Shown one piece after another: positions 63,191 through 64,000 of a stretch of 64,000 bases of DNA (within the stretch, counting starts at the first letter, position 1; every line of letters starts with the position of its first letter). Below the pieces are notes generated by a model that was not told where the DNA came from, searched no databases, and saw only the letters and a list, made by a program, of their open reading frames with translations. Source of the DNA: Fusobacterium sp. (GTDB taxonomy: Bacteria > Fusobacteriota > Fusobacteriia > Fusobacteriales > Fusobacteriaceae); contig DXWL01000001.1 of the NCBI GenBank assembly GCA_019416865.1, positions 39,559-103,558 on the forward strand, read 5' to 3'. A program made the position numbers and the translations under genes.

Positions 63191-64000
63191 TTAGACTGCT
63201 TCTCTTATTCTTAGACCTTCAGCCAATATATTTTTACTTGCATTTATATCTCTATCGTGATGAGTATGACAAACTGGACAAGTCCACTCCCTTATATCAA
63301 GAGTTTTCTTGCCATCACGATTCCCACATACAGAGCATATTTGACTTGATGGATATAGTCTATCTATTTTTATTATCTCTTTTCCATACCATCTTGCCTT
63401 GTATTCTAATTTATTTACAAAACTTGCCCAAGATACATCAGCGATAGATTTTGCCAATTTATGATTATGAAGTAAGCCTTTTGTATTTAAGTCTTCAATA
63501 CAGATAATATCGTGGTTTTTAATAATATCTGTACTCAGCTTATTTAAGAAATTTGTTCTCATATTCATAATTTTTTCATGTATCTTAGCAACTTTAATTC
63601 TTTGTTTTTGATAATTTTTAGCTTCGCTTAATTTTCTATTTTCTTTTTTAGCAATTAGAAGTCTTTTAGAAAGTTTTCTCTGTTCTCTTTTTAGTTTATC
63701 TTCTAATTGTTTTCTAAATTTAAGATTTTCAATTTTTTCTCCAGTAGATAAAATAGCCATATCTTTAATACCTAAGTCAATTCCTACTGATGAATTAGTT
63801 TTTGGTAATTCTTGAATATCAGTTTCACATAACAAAGAGATAAAATACTTACCACTTCCATTACGCGAGATAGTAGCAGATTTTATTATACCCTCTATTT
63901 TTCTATGCACTTTAATTTTTACTAATTCTTTAAGCTTTGGAACTTTTAACCAATTTTCAAAAATATTTACAGTTCCATTTTGATTATTGGTTGTATAGCT
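63191..64000 (-). CDS. tnpB: RNA-guided endonuclease TnpB (5' part beyond the window end)
   Basis: Frame open to 64000 (SYTTNNQNGTV...). RuvC motifs GIDLG, IEDL and DRDINA, and zinc finger CSVC..CPVC, are all intact. Confidence 0.95.
   Translation of the reverse strand, partial: SYTTNNQNGTVNIFENWLKVPKLKELVKIKVHRKIEGIIKSATISRNGSGKYFISLLCETDIQELPKTNSSVGIDLGIKDMAILSTGEKIENLKFRKQLEDKLKREQRKLSKRLLIAKKENRKLSEAKNYQKQRIKVAKIHEKIMNMRTNFLNKLSTDIIKNHDIICIEDLNTKGLLHNHKLAKSIADVSWASFVNKLEYKARWYGKEIIKIDRLYPSSQICSVCGNRDGKKTLDIREWTCPVCHTHHDRDINASKNILAEGLRIREAV

Larger units (their letters stand above)
63063..64000 (-). mobile_element. IS200/IS605-family element, right part
   Basis: tnpB plus a subterminal hairpin and a TCAC right end. 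Confidence 0.85.

Noticed and set aside
63191..64000. TnpB as a nuclease-dead TldR-like regulator or a Cas12f
   Set aside because: The catalytic D, E and D are intact, an IS right end is present, the guide is simply the cis flank, and no array is visible.

Overview
Low-GC chromosomal window from a Fusobacterium-like organism (Fusobacteriaceae, inferred from the autotransporter signal peptide and the E32/E65 c-subunit), with most genes on the minus strand. In order it contains: the 5' part of a large autotransporter-like gene; a Na+-type F1Fo ATP synthase operon; housekeeping genes (methyltransferase, glmM, purB, rimI, lepB, rplS); an uncharacterised ABC importer with two tandem DUF3798-type binding proteins; a roughly 25 kb sugar-acid/glycerate catabolic region (garK, DapA-type aldolase, garR, cdaR, gudD, garD, TctABC, LysR, a decaying IlvD-GntP-LysR islet, mngR/mngA/mngB); pstCAB-phoU-phoB-phoR; an 11-tRNA operon; tsaD; a PHP phosphatase flanked by two inverted copies of a covarying, roughly 170-nt structured element; DUF711/ACT genes; and the 3' end of an IS200/IS605 tnpB with its omega-RNA and right end. 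No CRISPR array was seen. All calls come from reading the sequence, with no database searches.
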